A stretch of 58,425 bases of DNA, filler included, from Jimgerdemannia flammicorona (lineage: Eukaryota): assembly GCA_003990765.1 (NCBI GenBank). It is 2 parts of 2 records of this genome, joined end to end, with 100 filler letters (N's around TTAATTAATTAA, not from the genome) between each part and the next. Parts side by side here need not be neighbours in the genome. Positions count along the whole stretch, not along the records: positions 1 to 29,185 come from RBNJ01000512.1; positions 29,286 to 58,425 come from RBNJ01000513.1. One strand, 5' to 3'. Position 1 is the first letter of the stretch; every line of letters starts with the position of its first letter. Positions 27,827 through 39,945 of this stretch are shown one piece after another. A program made the translations under genes and the position numbers. The notes under the pieces are model-generated. The model was not told the origin of the DNA, ran no database searches, and worked only from the letters and a program-made list of their open reading frames with translations.

Positions 27827-29185
27827 CAGAAAGAAAGAAAACGTTACCTGACTGCCGCCATTTGACCGCCATTTGACCGCCATTCAGACCGCCGCCATTC
27901 AACTGCCATTCAGACTGCCGCCATTTGACCGCCATTCGAGATTCAAGACCCGGAAACCCAAGGATACCCAGCTAAAGAATACTAGACTGCCAAAGACAAG
28001 ACCGCTGCCAAAGACCTGAATGACTGCCATGAACCATTTAAAGTCAAGACGGAGGAGCGAGCTGTAAACCTCTGTTTCCTGACCTACTGCGCCATGGACC
28101 ACTATAATTGACCATATAAAGAGCAAGACCATCAAGACCATTGCCGCATAAATTCAAGTTTGCCACCAAGTTAATCGCCACCAGGAATGCCCTTTTCCAC
28201 TGGATATTGAGCCATTGAACAATCAAACGACCTCATCCACTAAACAATTGAGCCACCATCATTGAACGATCTCCTGCTATTATTATTACCGCACGAATCG
28301 AACAACCTGTCACATGACCATCAACTTGTAATCATCGCGAATGCATTCAGTTATATATTGCATGCTTCACCAGTGGCACACATTGAGCCGTGCAGTTGAA
28401 GTTCATTATACATAACCAATGCCACATTTTGGGGGCTCAACTGGGAAAGTTTTCAAAAGACTTGACCATTTGGCTCAAGAACCCAGCTATCTACAGTGGA
28501 GAACTTAGCAGGACCAAGTCAGCAACTGAACCAGGGGCAGCAACAGCCCTCCTCAGCAGAAAAGAAAGCCCACACCCTTGTCAGAACAGTAGCCAGGACC
28601 CTACTCAACACTAGTAGCCAGAAAACCGAATCAGAAGAAAGAAGTGACCCAGATTACGGTTTGACTTCAAGAGAAAGGAGACAACTCAGAGAGCAATCAG
28701 AACCGCCCCTTCAGATCCAAGACTTAGGCCAAGAAGAAGAAGAAGAGGATATCCCCGAGGGGTATCAGACCCTTATCCATAGGAAGAACTCAGACAGGAG
28801 TGACTACATAACTACTGTTGTTACCTGAGTCACTCCACTAGACCAGGTATACTTTGAAACATCAGAAGGAGAAGAGGACTACCATCCATATCAACCAGAG
28901 CAAGATGACAATTGGGGATCAGAGCATCAAAGGGACGAATTCAACCTATACTATTATCCAGACAGCGACACTGACCCACAACAAGGCAAACCAGACCTCA
29001 CTGCTTCACAACAGCAAGGGGCAGACGAACTCACTATCAGTTATATCAGTCCACTCCCACCATCAGTTGCTCGAACTTCAGTACTCTGGTCACTCACACC
29101 TCACCACTATCACCAGTCAATCAGAAGATCTCCACCACTACCCAGGACCTCTCCCACAGCATTAATTAGAAGAGCCAGATTACCC

Positions 29186-29285
29186 NNNNNNNNNNNNNNN
29201 NNNNNNNNNNNNNNNNNNNNNNNNNNNNNTTAATTAATTAANNNNNNNNNNNNNNNNNNNNNNNNNNNNNNNNNNNNNNNNNNNN
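29186..29285. other. Artificial contig spacer
   Basis: 44 N + TTAATTAATTAA (stop codons in all six frames) + 44 N = exactly 100 nt. Confidence 0.95.
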
Positions 29286-30934
29286 TGGTCCATCTCTTCG
29301 GCTTGACTTTCTGTGGCAGTTTCCATCTGCTTTTCCACTGGGTTCTTCTTGGGTGTTCCTGGTGGTCTCTTGTAGGGTTTTTTGTGAACATCCTTCTTGG
29401 TGGTCTGAGCAGGATAGGCCTCCCATTCTTCTTCGTCAGAATCTCCGATCTCCTCGAAGGTAATTATATTGGCCTGCTCCTTGTTTCATGTAGCATTGCT
29501 TGGTTGAGCCTTGCGCTTGGTTTCGCTCATGCATTCATAGGAGTAGTGGCCTTCTTCTCCGCAGCTGTAGCAGGTACCTTTCTTCTTGTCTGAGGTGGCG
29601 GCAAACTTCTGAACAGGGCGGCGATCTCTTCCTCGGATTTCCTTTACCACATCTCCCAGGTGGGCAGTCATTTCGGCAAACCTTTTGGCAAGTTCCTCCA
29701 TAGGGTCGCTGTTCTTTTGCTGCTCGGTAGCTTTTGGCTGAGGTGTGTTTCGATTGATCATTGTGGTGGGGATCACACTGGTTGCCTTGGGTGCCTCGAT
29801 TCTGACTCCTGTAACTCTTTCCATTGTATGGTCTTGTGGGTGTCTGGCTGTCCAGTATCGCTGAGCATAGGTGACCCTTTGTGGCAGATCCAGAATCACT
29901 GGTGATGAGCGGATGGCCATGGCTATTTCTGGATGGACTCCTTTCATGAAGGTTGCTTCGGCTACTTGATCTCGGGTAGCAACAGCATAATCTGCAAGGA
30001 TTATCTGGTATCGAATTCTGGTATAGAATGTGTTTGGATCCTCACTCATTCCTTGGCATGTTGTGTTGAGCTGATCCTTCAGGGCTTGCTTGATCTCGTC
30101 TATGTAATATGTGTTTCGGAGCCAGGTCTTCTGTGCCATCAGTATGGCATTGTCATCATTTCCTGCATGGGTTGCGGCTGTAAATGCTGCTCTGGCAGGG
30201 CCTCATAGGCTGAAGGGCATGAGGGCTACTTGCTGTGCTGCTGTCAGAGTCCTTACGGCAGCATACTGCTCGAAATCATCAATGAAGGTAATGATTGATT
30301 CATCTGAAGTATATCCATGGAATACTGGCGGTCTCATATCCATCTTGTCTGGGTATTGGGGCTCGGTTTGTATGGTTGTTCGGGTAGTGGCAGTTGTTCG
30401 TTGTTCAGCTTGAAAGTGAGGGATTCGTCTTGAATCACCAGCCAATGGGCACCAAGTTGTAACGTAGTGGACGCTTACTCTTGAAAGTACGTCGGATTTC
30501 TGTATCTTGAAAACTTGACTGTTCTGACTCTCGAAGAGTCTCTTGAAGTGGCAGGGGAAGGGTGGGTGAGTTCGAAGTGTATCTGCCCGCAGGCTTACTA
30601 GTTCCTTTGCTATCTCTTTGCCTTGAACTATTTCGATCTGAGGTTTATTCACTCAAAGATACTGGGTTATTTATACAAGTTTGCTAGCTATGAGATGGTG
30701 GCTAAGTAATAAATGAGTCATTTGGACTTTGTCGAAACATTTGGACAATGTCTAAATGCTATACTAAATCGGGGTATTCAATTTGGATAATGTCTAAAAT
30801 TTAGACAATATCTAAGAAATTAGACAATGTCGGAATCGAGGACTGCTAACTATAATGCTATACTACTTTGGGAATGAGTGCGATCAAGTGTCTATTCCCT
30901 ATTTCCTTCTTCCAAATCTGGCTGTACCGTCACA
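29286..30934 (-). mobile_element. Young gypsy B-related element: 5' LTR (30458-30934), PBS, gag
   Basis: TGTGAC...GTTACA LTR and PBS TGGTGCCCATTGGCTGG (30438-30454). The gag ORF 29486-30139 has an intact CYSCGEEGHYSYEC knuckle, and CpGs are retained. Confidence 0.9.
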
Positions 30935-33082
30935 CTATATCTATGTTTTAGTCAGTATAATAATCAGTACTGTCAATATCTCTAATAATTCCAGTGATAA
31001 ATCAAAATTATTATCAACTACTATATATACTTAAGTCAGAGTTATCTGAGCCAAGAATCACTGAGATCAAAGATGATAACAGTGAATTCTCCAATAATGA
31101 GAAATCTTCCATTAAGGGTAAGAATAAGCAAAAGCCAAAGCATTAGCCCAGGAATAAGATATATTCAGAATTAGAAAGTTATTGGAACATATTAGTGAGC
31201 TCTAGATAGCAGTAATGTCAAGACTATGTGAGCTATACTAAAGCATATGAATGTATATATATCATAATATCTAGTAAGTCAAATATATATGACAAAGCTA
31301 TAAGCAATGCTGATAATAAAAAATAGTAATATGTGATAAATAAGAAATACAATTTGCTTATTGAGAATAGTACCTAGGATCTAATACCCCTTCTGCTAAA
31401 TTATCAAGCAATCAGATCTAAGTGGGTCTATAGAATCAAGTATAAAAGTGACGGAAGTATAGAGTAGTATAAAGCTCATTTTATTGCCAAGAGTTATTCA
31501 TAAGATTATAGTATAGACTATAACAAGACATTTTTGCCAGTATTCAAGCTTACTTTGCTTAGAATACTCCTTGCAATTAGTATGATATATGATCTCAAAA
31601 TTTATCAAATAGATATAAAGATAATGTTTCTAAATAGTGATATAGTTATCAAATTATATATCTGACAATTACAAGAATATAAACTATATAATAGCCCAAA
31701 TAGTAAGCTTATATGTAAATTACACAAAAGACTATACAGTATTAAGTAAGCAGTATAACTATAGAATAAAAGAATCAATAAGCATCTATTTAACAATGGG
31801 TTCACATATTGTGAAGCAGATAATTATATATATGTCTAATATTATAATAATAGCATAGTATTTATTAATATATAGGTTGATGATATAATTATCATTACTA
31901 GTAAGAACAGGCTTAACAGAGTAAAGAAAACCCTATACTGAGAATTCAAGATGACCAACATGAGTGACATATCCTTTCTTTTGAAGATATCAATTATATA
32001 TAATAGGAATATATATACTATATATCTCTCATAAGAAACTTATACCAAAGCCATTCTTAAATGCTTCAATATAAGTGAATGTAAGCCTGTGAGTACCCCA
32101 ATGGAGACTTCTATAAAGTTAAGGAAGCCTAATAATATGCCTGAGAATGATGACAATATGTTTACTAAAAATATTCCCTATTGACAAGCAGTTGGTTCTC
32201 TTATATATCTCATACTAAAAATAAGATCCAACATATTATATACCATAAATAAGGTGGCACAGTACTCCTTCTACTATAATAATTTATATTAAAATACCAT
32301 TAAGAGGATTTTCTAATACTTAAAGAGATCTATATATTATATACTTATATTGGATAGTAATATTAGATTAAGTAGGAGCAATGATAAGAGTAATGATATC
32401 TGACTATCTGGTATATATAATACCAATTGGGTCAGAGACTTAGATAATCACTAGTCTATAACTGGATATCTCTTCTATATTGGCAAAAACAACAAAGGGT
32501 CTATAATCTTGTGGTAAATATATAAGCAATCTTTCATTGTAATATTATCTATACAAGCTGAATATCAGGTTTTATCATTGATAACAAAGGAAGCCATCTG
32601 GCTCTACAAACTATTAAAGAAACTTAGATTTATACAAAAAAGCACTATACTATACCAGGATAACCAGTTTATAATTATACTTACCAAGAATCTAGTATAT
32701 TACAATAGAATAAAACATATTAATATATAGCATTATTTTATATGTAAATGTATAAAAACTGATACTATATATCTAGAATATATATATCTCTATAGAGTAT
32801 ATAATTGTAGACTTATTGATCAAAATCTTTCCAAAGTCAAAGTTCAAGCAATATACTAAATAAATGGGTCTTATGAGATATATACTAGTATACAATTGAT
32901 TTCAGAATACTTTTTGACCTGTGAAAATTTCTACATTAGTTCAGACCTATATTATCAGTTTTTTACTATATTTTTTATCTATTTTTATATTTATAAGCAG
33001 AGAATTTTGATCTTTTGCAGTTATCTAAATAGTACCCTATTAGTTATATGTATATAGTTTACTCTAGTTTGCTTCTATTTTA

Positions 33083-33119
<37 letters not shown>

Positions 33120-33296
33120 AGTATATGTTGTATTCTTTTTTTTAGTTATATATCTCATTGAGTAGAAGTATTGGGATGACAACTCAATATGCCAGCATAT
33201 GACCTTATACTATTCTATCAAATTTATATTATTTATTAGTAATATGAGAAATATATGATCTATATAACTTCAATAAAATCACCCTCTTTCATAATA
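30935..33296 (+). mobile_element. Degenerate Ty1/copia 3' half (RT, RNase H, PPT, 3' LTR 33169-33296)
   Basis: Decayed KWVYRIK, VDD, AVGSL, STQAEY and KHINI motifs. The LTR matches 3167-3294. Confidence 0.8.
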
Positions 33297-33369
33297 AAAA
33301 TAATATAAAAGAGAGTATATATATACTTAATATGTATATTTTACTAGAATATTTATTAAATTAAACAAG

Positions 33370-33540
33370 TCAGATTAGATAAGCCAAATTAGATAAGCTA
33401 AATTAGATGAGCTAAATCGAATGAGCTAGATTAGATAAATCAGATGGATGAGTTAGATTATGAGTCAGATTTATAAGTTGGATTGAATGAGTTGGATGAG
33501 TTAGATTGAAATCCAGATCAAATTCAGATCAGCTCAGTTA
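33370..33540. repeat. Degenerate tandem repeat with a unit of about 14 bp
   Basis: Recurring AGATTAGATGAGCT-like units. Confidence 0.6.
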
Positions 33541-33599
33541 CATGGTGAATTAAATCTGAATTCAACTCAGATCTAAATATTATATAATAAATTATATTT

Positions 33600-35900
33600 A
33601 AGTTTGATTCAAATCAGTTCATTTAAAGTACTACTGATAGATATTATATCTTTTAAGTATATTTCTAACTTATATTCAAAGATGAGATCAGTATTAGTAT
33701 ATTTTTTACAATTTTTCTTCTATACTTATCTGTTCTTAATAAGTCTTCTAATATTCTCATTAGGTGAGATTCTCTTACTCCTTAGTAGTTGTAGGAACTT
33801 CTTTTAGAGTATAGTTCTAGAATATATTCTTTTTCTAATTTATTAGATTATATAGAAAAGTATATCAATATTATTGTAAACTTTTTCTACTTTATAAATA
33901 ATAGTAATTTTGTAATCTTATAGAATTAAAATCTAGCAGATAAAAATTCTAGTAGGTTTTTTATAGTGAAATAGTTATTTAAGAATAATTTAGTCAGTTA
34001 TTAGAGTGATTCTTTTTCTGATAAGATAATACTTAAATAGAATAACTGTCTATATAACTAATAGATATTTCAATTTAGTGCTATTATAGTTGACTTGTTA
34101 CTTTTTAGTAGCTTAGCTTATATAAGCTATTATATAATACTACTGATTATATTCTTCTTAGCTAAAACTACTGAGACTATCTTTAGAGATATTATATATA
34201 GAATAAATGGCTTCTATAAGTTAGGTTATATAAGAACTAATATTATAGTTATATAATATTTGAGCTTTTTAAAGATTAGCTCTTATAGTTTTTTTTTATT
34301 TATATAGTATTTTTTTCTTAAGTAGAGTTCAGATTAGTATAGTAGTTTTGGTAAAATTTCTGATAAATCTTTTATAGTAGAATACTAGTATCAGAAAGAA
34401 TAGTACTTTATTTAAAGTCTTAAATACTAAGCAATTATTAATTTTTTCTATTTTCTTTAAATCTATATAAGTTTCTATTTTTCAAAGTAGTATTTCTTAA
34501 TATTGAGTGTCAGATAGTTCTTTTGAGTAAGCTGAAAGAATATCTCTAGATATTGTAAGTATTCTTTAAAACTTGCTAAGTAAATGTTAGAGTTATTTAT
34601 ATAGTCAATTAGATAGTAATAAATTAATGAGATATAGACCAAGTTTATTATTCTCTAAAAAGTTGAGAATATATTACAAAGTTTAAAGAGTATTCAGAGA
34701 TATTCAAATAGTTTCTTAGGGTAAGAAAGGCTGTCTTTTGAATATTCTTAGAGTTTATAAAAATCTTATAGTATCTTACAAAGAGATCTATATTACTAAA
34801 GTATTCAGTATTTAATAGTTGATCTAAGAGATCATTAATTCAGGTTAAGAGATAAGCATTATTTTCTATTACTAAATTAAGTTTTCTATAATCTATACAG
34901 AGTCTCTATTCTTCTTTCTTGGGTATAATAAGTATAGAACTAGCTCAGAGACTGATAAAAGATCAGATGACTCTATTGTTCAAGAGTTTCTAAATATATT
35001 CTTTCTTAAATATCTTTAGATAATAGAGTATTCTATAGAGTTTCAGTTAGATAGATGTTGTATTTTCTATATTTATGCTATAGTAATATGATGAGTTATA
35101 TAGTAGGTTATTATAGTTTATAGTAAAGATATTCTGATATTTATAAAGAAGTTCTGTTAATTAATATTATTACTGAGATATCAGTTCTTTTTCAATATTA
35201 GTAGAAGAGTTTACTTTATTCTAAGTTATAAAGAGGCCTTTTCTTTCTTCTAAGATCTTTTACTATTTTCCAATAGGTTTGATTTATAGACTTCTTAATA
35301 TGTATATCTGATTAAGATAGAATACTATATATATATCTTATAATAATTTCTTTTAATAAAATAATATTATCTCAGTTTTAATTAATTGCTTAAGAATATA
35401 CTAGGTTTATCTTATTAGAAAATATATATCCTTCTATATTAAGATTCTAAAGATCTTTATTTAGTTTAAAGAGATTCCTGAAGTCTGATAGTGTAAAGAT
35501 TTCAAAAATAGTCTATTTCTCTAATTTTAAGATAAGATTCTTGTGAAGTTTTGACTAGCTAGTAATATATTTATTAAGATATATATATTTTTTTAAAATA
35601 GCTAACTTAGAGGAGATATACTTTCTTCTTATCTGAACTCTTAAATTTTTTAGTCTATTTTATACCTTAGATTAGTTCAGAGACTTCTTGCAGTTAGAGT
35701 ATTTTGACTTTCATAAAGACTACTTATATGATCTTTTCTTCTCTATAAATTCATATCTATTCAGAGCTGCTATTTTAAAGAGACCTTAAATATCTTCAAG
35801 TAATAATATAAACAAAAAGAGCAAAATATATCTCTGAGACCAAGCTGTGATATAAGTGTTTTAATAAGATCTTAAAATCAAGTCTCTTCTAATTAATACC
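33600..35900 (-). mobile_element. Heavily decayed gypsy relic (same family as 49361-53060): partial dUTPase, RT, RNase H
   Basis: Colinear with about 51200-52620. An LCIDYRKLN-like RT motif lies on the minus strand at about 34900. Confidence 0.7.
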
Positions 35901-36231
35901 ACTTGTAATGTCAGTAAGAATAAAGTGAGAAGGATATAATTGTTGATATTGTTCAAGATCACTTTATTGCTTAAAGCTTAAGACTCATATATAAATATAT
36001 TTAGAAGATTATTCAATAGATATAGAAGATATGATTGAGAAAAATATGGCTAATATTGTAAAGACAGACACCATCATAGAAGTACTCTACCTTGAATGTA
36101 CCAGTGACAAAGGGTTTTAGAGGAAACTCCAAGCTGTTTAGATGATTGATGGGTAGAAAGAAGGATCATTGGGAATGGCAGAGCACAAAAATACTTAGAA
36201 ACATGCATACATTATATATACCTGTGCTGCT

Positions 36232-36340
36232 AAGAGAGATGAGGCTGCCACGTAAGAGAGGCTGCCGCGTGAGAGAGGCCGCGTAAGAGAGGCCACCGCG
36301 TAAGAGAGGCCGCGTAAGAGAGGGAGGTGCCGTGTAAGAG
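36232..36340. repeat. CpG-rich short tandem array GAGGC(YRC)CGCGTAAGA, about 6 units
   Basis: Directly visible 13-17-nt units at the edge of the gene island. Confidence 0.8.
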
Positions 36341-36839
36341 AATTTCATTGGCCATTAATAGCCAATATTTCAAGATGAACGACGTTCTTTTCTTTGTCTC
36401 AGGAAGAGCGAAAGCTTGCTATATAGAAATCGGTCTTCCTATCCAAAGTATCCTACAATGATCTTTGAACCTTGGACCCATGCATTCGTGCTGCTCATAG
36501 CGGCTTGACATCTGAGATGGCCAATTGCCGTATGTTTTTCTTTTTTCCGTGTGCTCAAAAGTCATTCTGTTGATCATGTTATCCATGAATTATACCAATG
36601 TTTGTCATCAGCCAGAATCTCATATAGTATTCGACCCCTCTGGCTAGAATTCGTTTATTCCATGTTCTTAAATAATATGCAACGTTGACTTGGCAACCAA
36701 TAAAGGATGCATGCGTTTGGAGCGTGTTAAGCTCAATTGAATTTCTTCCATCGGCTAACAGCACATGCTCAACATGTTGACAAGAAACCGAATCATCTAC
36801 AATACCATCTTATCTGCCAAGACACCAATTGTGAGCAAC

Positions 36840-39760
36840 TTACAATTTGGCTAGCAGCTGGTTTCCATCCTTGGCGGACTCCATCAACTCGCGATACAGT
36901 GCATCAATCTCGATCCTGTACTTTCCCGCGCATTGGGGCCGCTTGACCTTGAGACTGAGAGCGATCATTCATGTTATATACTCGGTAAAAGATTACAGAA
37001 AAGATATTGCAGGTGAAGTCAGTGAACAATGTAAAATTTTCCGAAAGTCTTACGTTGGCGTCAAAAGATCATTCTCAATAGAGAAGGGGACTGTGTCGAT
37101 GTAAATGGCCTTGACACACTCGAACCTGTAAAATTGATGAACATATCAATGCGACGAGAACATAATCAATTAGAGGAAAAGGGTCGAAATAACGACCATG
37201 TCGTATTCCAGATATCCCAAAAGCCCTGGCTTCCTCTCTCCTTCCCCGACTAATTTCAATGCAAAGGAAGGTAAATCTATTACCCACCCCTGTAAGCCAC
37301 CTTCCTTTGCAGTCTTATCCATCTCTACCAATGTTGCCTTCCTCACGCGGTCATCGCGGACAAGTTCTTCGAAGGGTCGTTTAACACCAATAACTTTCTG
37401 CCCAAAAGGCACGAAGACCAGGGGGTCTGGTACAATAATGGCCACCAACTGGTTCTGCAATGAATCGCCGTGAACTGGAAAGTGGGTAAGAGGGTTCAGT
37501 GAGCACCACTGTTACATACGAAATGGTTAAAGGGCAGTATTCCGCAAGACTTACCGTAAATCTGCGAGAATATGGTGTTCTTCAAATATACGTTTTCGAT
37601 TTTCTCCGGTGCGATGTATTCACCTTCAAGAGAAAACAAGACCAAGCACAACATAAAAACACACATACACTAAAGCCCGAACCCATGCATGATTTCGAGA
37701 AAATACAGCATCACCCGCCAGTTCAAACTATCCCACACCTGTAACATACCTTGTGCAAGCTTGAAAATATTTTTCTTGCGATCAATAATTACAATCGCGC
37801 CCCTTTCGTCAATCATGCCAATATCTCCTGAATAGTACCATCCTTCCTTGTCAAGGGCCTCCTCCGTTTTCTTGGGATCCTTGTAGTATCCGACGAACAC
37901 GTTTTTGCCCCGTATGCAGATCTCACCTCGGGGATACGGGTCCGTAGCTAAATAATTCATCTCGGGCACATCCACCAGCTTGATCTCGTTACATGGGAAT
38001 GAAGAGCCAAGATGGCCTCCACGATACTCGCCAGGGTGAGTTACAGAGGCTGTAGCACAGGTTTCGGTCGCGCCATACCCTTCATAAATTTCACAGCAGA
38101 AAGCGATACGAAGGAAAGAGAGGATCTCTTTGGCGATGGGAGCGGAGCCACAGCAAATGCTACGGACACGCCCACCAAGAGCGAGGCGCATCTTGTTGAA
38201 AAGAAGACGATCCCATATAGGGTGAGTAAAACCGCGGCCGGCTTCGAGGTTGGCAAGTTTGTCGGCAACAGCTTTGCGGGCGAGGATCCCAACGACACCA
38301 GGTGCTTCGACAGACGAGGAAACTATTTTCGCGTAAATACGATTGAGAAGGCGAGGGACGGAAATCATCACGGTTGGTCTGAGTGTTTGCATATCCTCGA
38401 CGAGAAGGTTGATGTCGCCGCTAAAGTATCCAATGGCGGCGCCAATTTTAATGGCGCTCAAGTCGCACATACGACCAAAGATGTGCGCAAGTGGTAGGTA
38501 GGAAATTACAACATCTTCTTGGCGGAACGGCATAGTAAAGGTGGTACCACTGGCGGAAGCAGTGAAATTTTCATGGGTCAACATAGCACCCTGAGATGGA
38601 ATGAAGAAAATACGACGTCCGATGAATACAAAAATCAATGAGAATATACTATCAAAATTGAACAGACTCGAGTCATCCTGAAATTACCTTGGGAACACCA
38701 GTGGTACCACTCGTATACATAATACAAGCCAAATCATCCGGTTTAGGCGGATTGTGCTTCCTCTTGTTTTTTTTGCCCAGCTCCTCAACTGCCGTAATAT
38801 CGATCAAGTAAATACCCTTCTCGGCTGCCCACGCCTTAAGTGCGCTCGCCTTTGTCGGGATATTGGGCGCGGCCCATTTCGTCGCATCGTCTTCCAAGCT
38901 ATCCATCGAGATAACTATCTGAAGTCCAGGGATCTTAGGACTGAGCTGAATCAAGCTGATTATATGATCTGCCGAGGTAATCAGGATGGGGATCTCGGCA
39001 TGGTTAATTACGTACTCGACCGTGTCAGGACCAAGGGTATCGTACAAAGAAATGGTAAAGAGATTGTATGAGGAGCACGCGGTATCGGCGATGCACCATT
39101 CGGGCCTGTTCGTGGACCAGATTCCAACTGGAAATTTTTCGAGTTTGGGGAGGCGCGCCACGGTTTCTGCGAGATGAACGAGACCAGAACCAAGGTTGGT
39201 TACCCGGTTGGCAACCTGGCGATAAGTTTGCCAGACATAGACGCCACGTTTGCCAGTTTTGGGATCAATGACACGGGTGCCAAGGAAAGGTCTATCCTTG
39301 GAAATCTTCAGACCTGGAAACAAAGTTATAGGTGAGAATCAATATGACGACGCGGAAATAATTTGATCGGAAACTTCGCTTTGATTCATCATCAATCCAA
39401 TCGGAACAATGTTATGAGACGCACACAATTTCGGGAACGAAAAGCCCGTGGTGTTCACGAGTTATAACACTACTTTTGATGATGACAAGAGAACACCTAC
39501 CGTAGCGGAAATTTTCGTAAAGGGTGGTGATCTTGGGGTTGCTAGAGATGACCAACTTGTCGGCATAGAGCGGGTGGCGGTAAATGCCTGCACGAAGCCG
39601 AGAGAATCGAAGTCAAAAGAACAAAAAATATAACTAAATGCAAATGCATCGTGTTTGTCGAGGCAAAGGAAAGAATTTTACCCGTCTGACCAGGTTTCCT
39701 GGTACCAGGAAGCTCAATGGTTTGCTTTTCCAAGCTGATTTTTTTCAGAACGGTTGTCAT
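36840..39760 (-). CDS. Long-chain fatty acyl-CoA synthetase (ACSL/Faa2-type), 691 aa, with C-terminal PTS1 (AKL)
   Basis: Exons 39760-39682, 39587-39501, 39313-38688, 38590-37750, 37623-37555, 37474-37288, 37125-37054 and 36954-36840 total 2076 nt. All introns are GT-AG and phase-consistent. Motifs: YTSGTTGVPKG, YLPLAH, GYGATE, SGDIG, DRKKNIFKLAQGEYIAPEKIE, LTPTLKVKR. Confidence 0.95.
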
Positions 39761-39880
39761 CGGGCGTGTTGGTATGGAAGAGTGAGAGAGAAACTCATAA
39801 AGATTCCGGTGATGTCACTGGTAGAGATTGTCCTCTAATAATGGGTGTAAAAGTCACATGTGAAGTGACTTTGCACAAAG

Positions 39881-39945
39881 CATTCTACAATTAATCCGCG
39901 GGACTTCAAAAAAAAAAAAAAAAAAAAAAAAACATTCTACAATTA
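39881..39945 (+). mobile_element. Micro retro-insertion (14 nt + A25) with 13-bp TSD
   Basis: CATTCTACAATTA - ATCCGCGGGACTTC - A25 - CATTCTACAATTA. Confidence 0.8.

Larger units (their letters stand above)
25767..29185 (+). mobile_element. 5' part of LTR element C: 2.66-kb LTR (25767-28426), tRNA-Pro-type PBS, start of probable gag
   Basis: TGTGAC...GCCACA is followed by TGGGGGCTCAACTGGGA (28430-28446), which resembles the tRNA-Pro PBS TGGGGGCTCGTCCGGGA. An open Q/E/S-rich frame runs from 28496 and is cut by the contig spacer. The second LTR is not seen. Confidence 0.7.

Noticed and set aside
29186..29285. TTAATTAATTAA palindrome within the N-run
   Set aside because: Synthetic six-frame-stop linker. 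Adjacency and orientation of the two sides cannot be trusted.
25761..30940. ATATAGTGTGAC...GTCACACTATAT as terminal inverted repeats of one DNA transposon
   Set aside because: These are the 5' ends of two different LTR elements facing each other across the artificial spacer. The flanking copia pieces overlap in sequence, so they are different copies.
33088..33116. (TA)n microsatellite
   Set aside because: Ordinary slippage tract inside a decayed copia 3' UTR.
38012..39271. Plus-strand ORFs overlapping the acyl-CoA synthetase
   Set aside because: Antisense frames of a GC-balanced CDS with no independent evidence.
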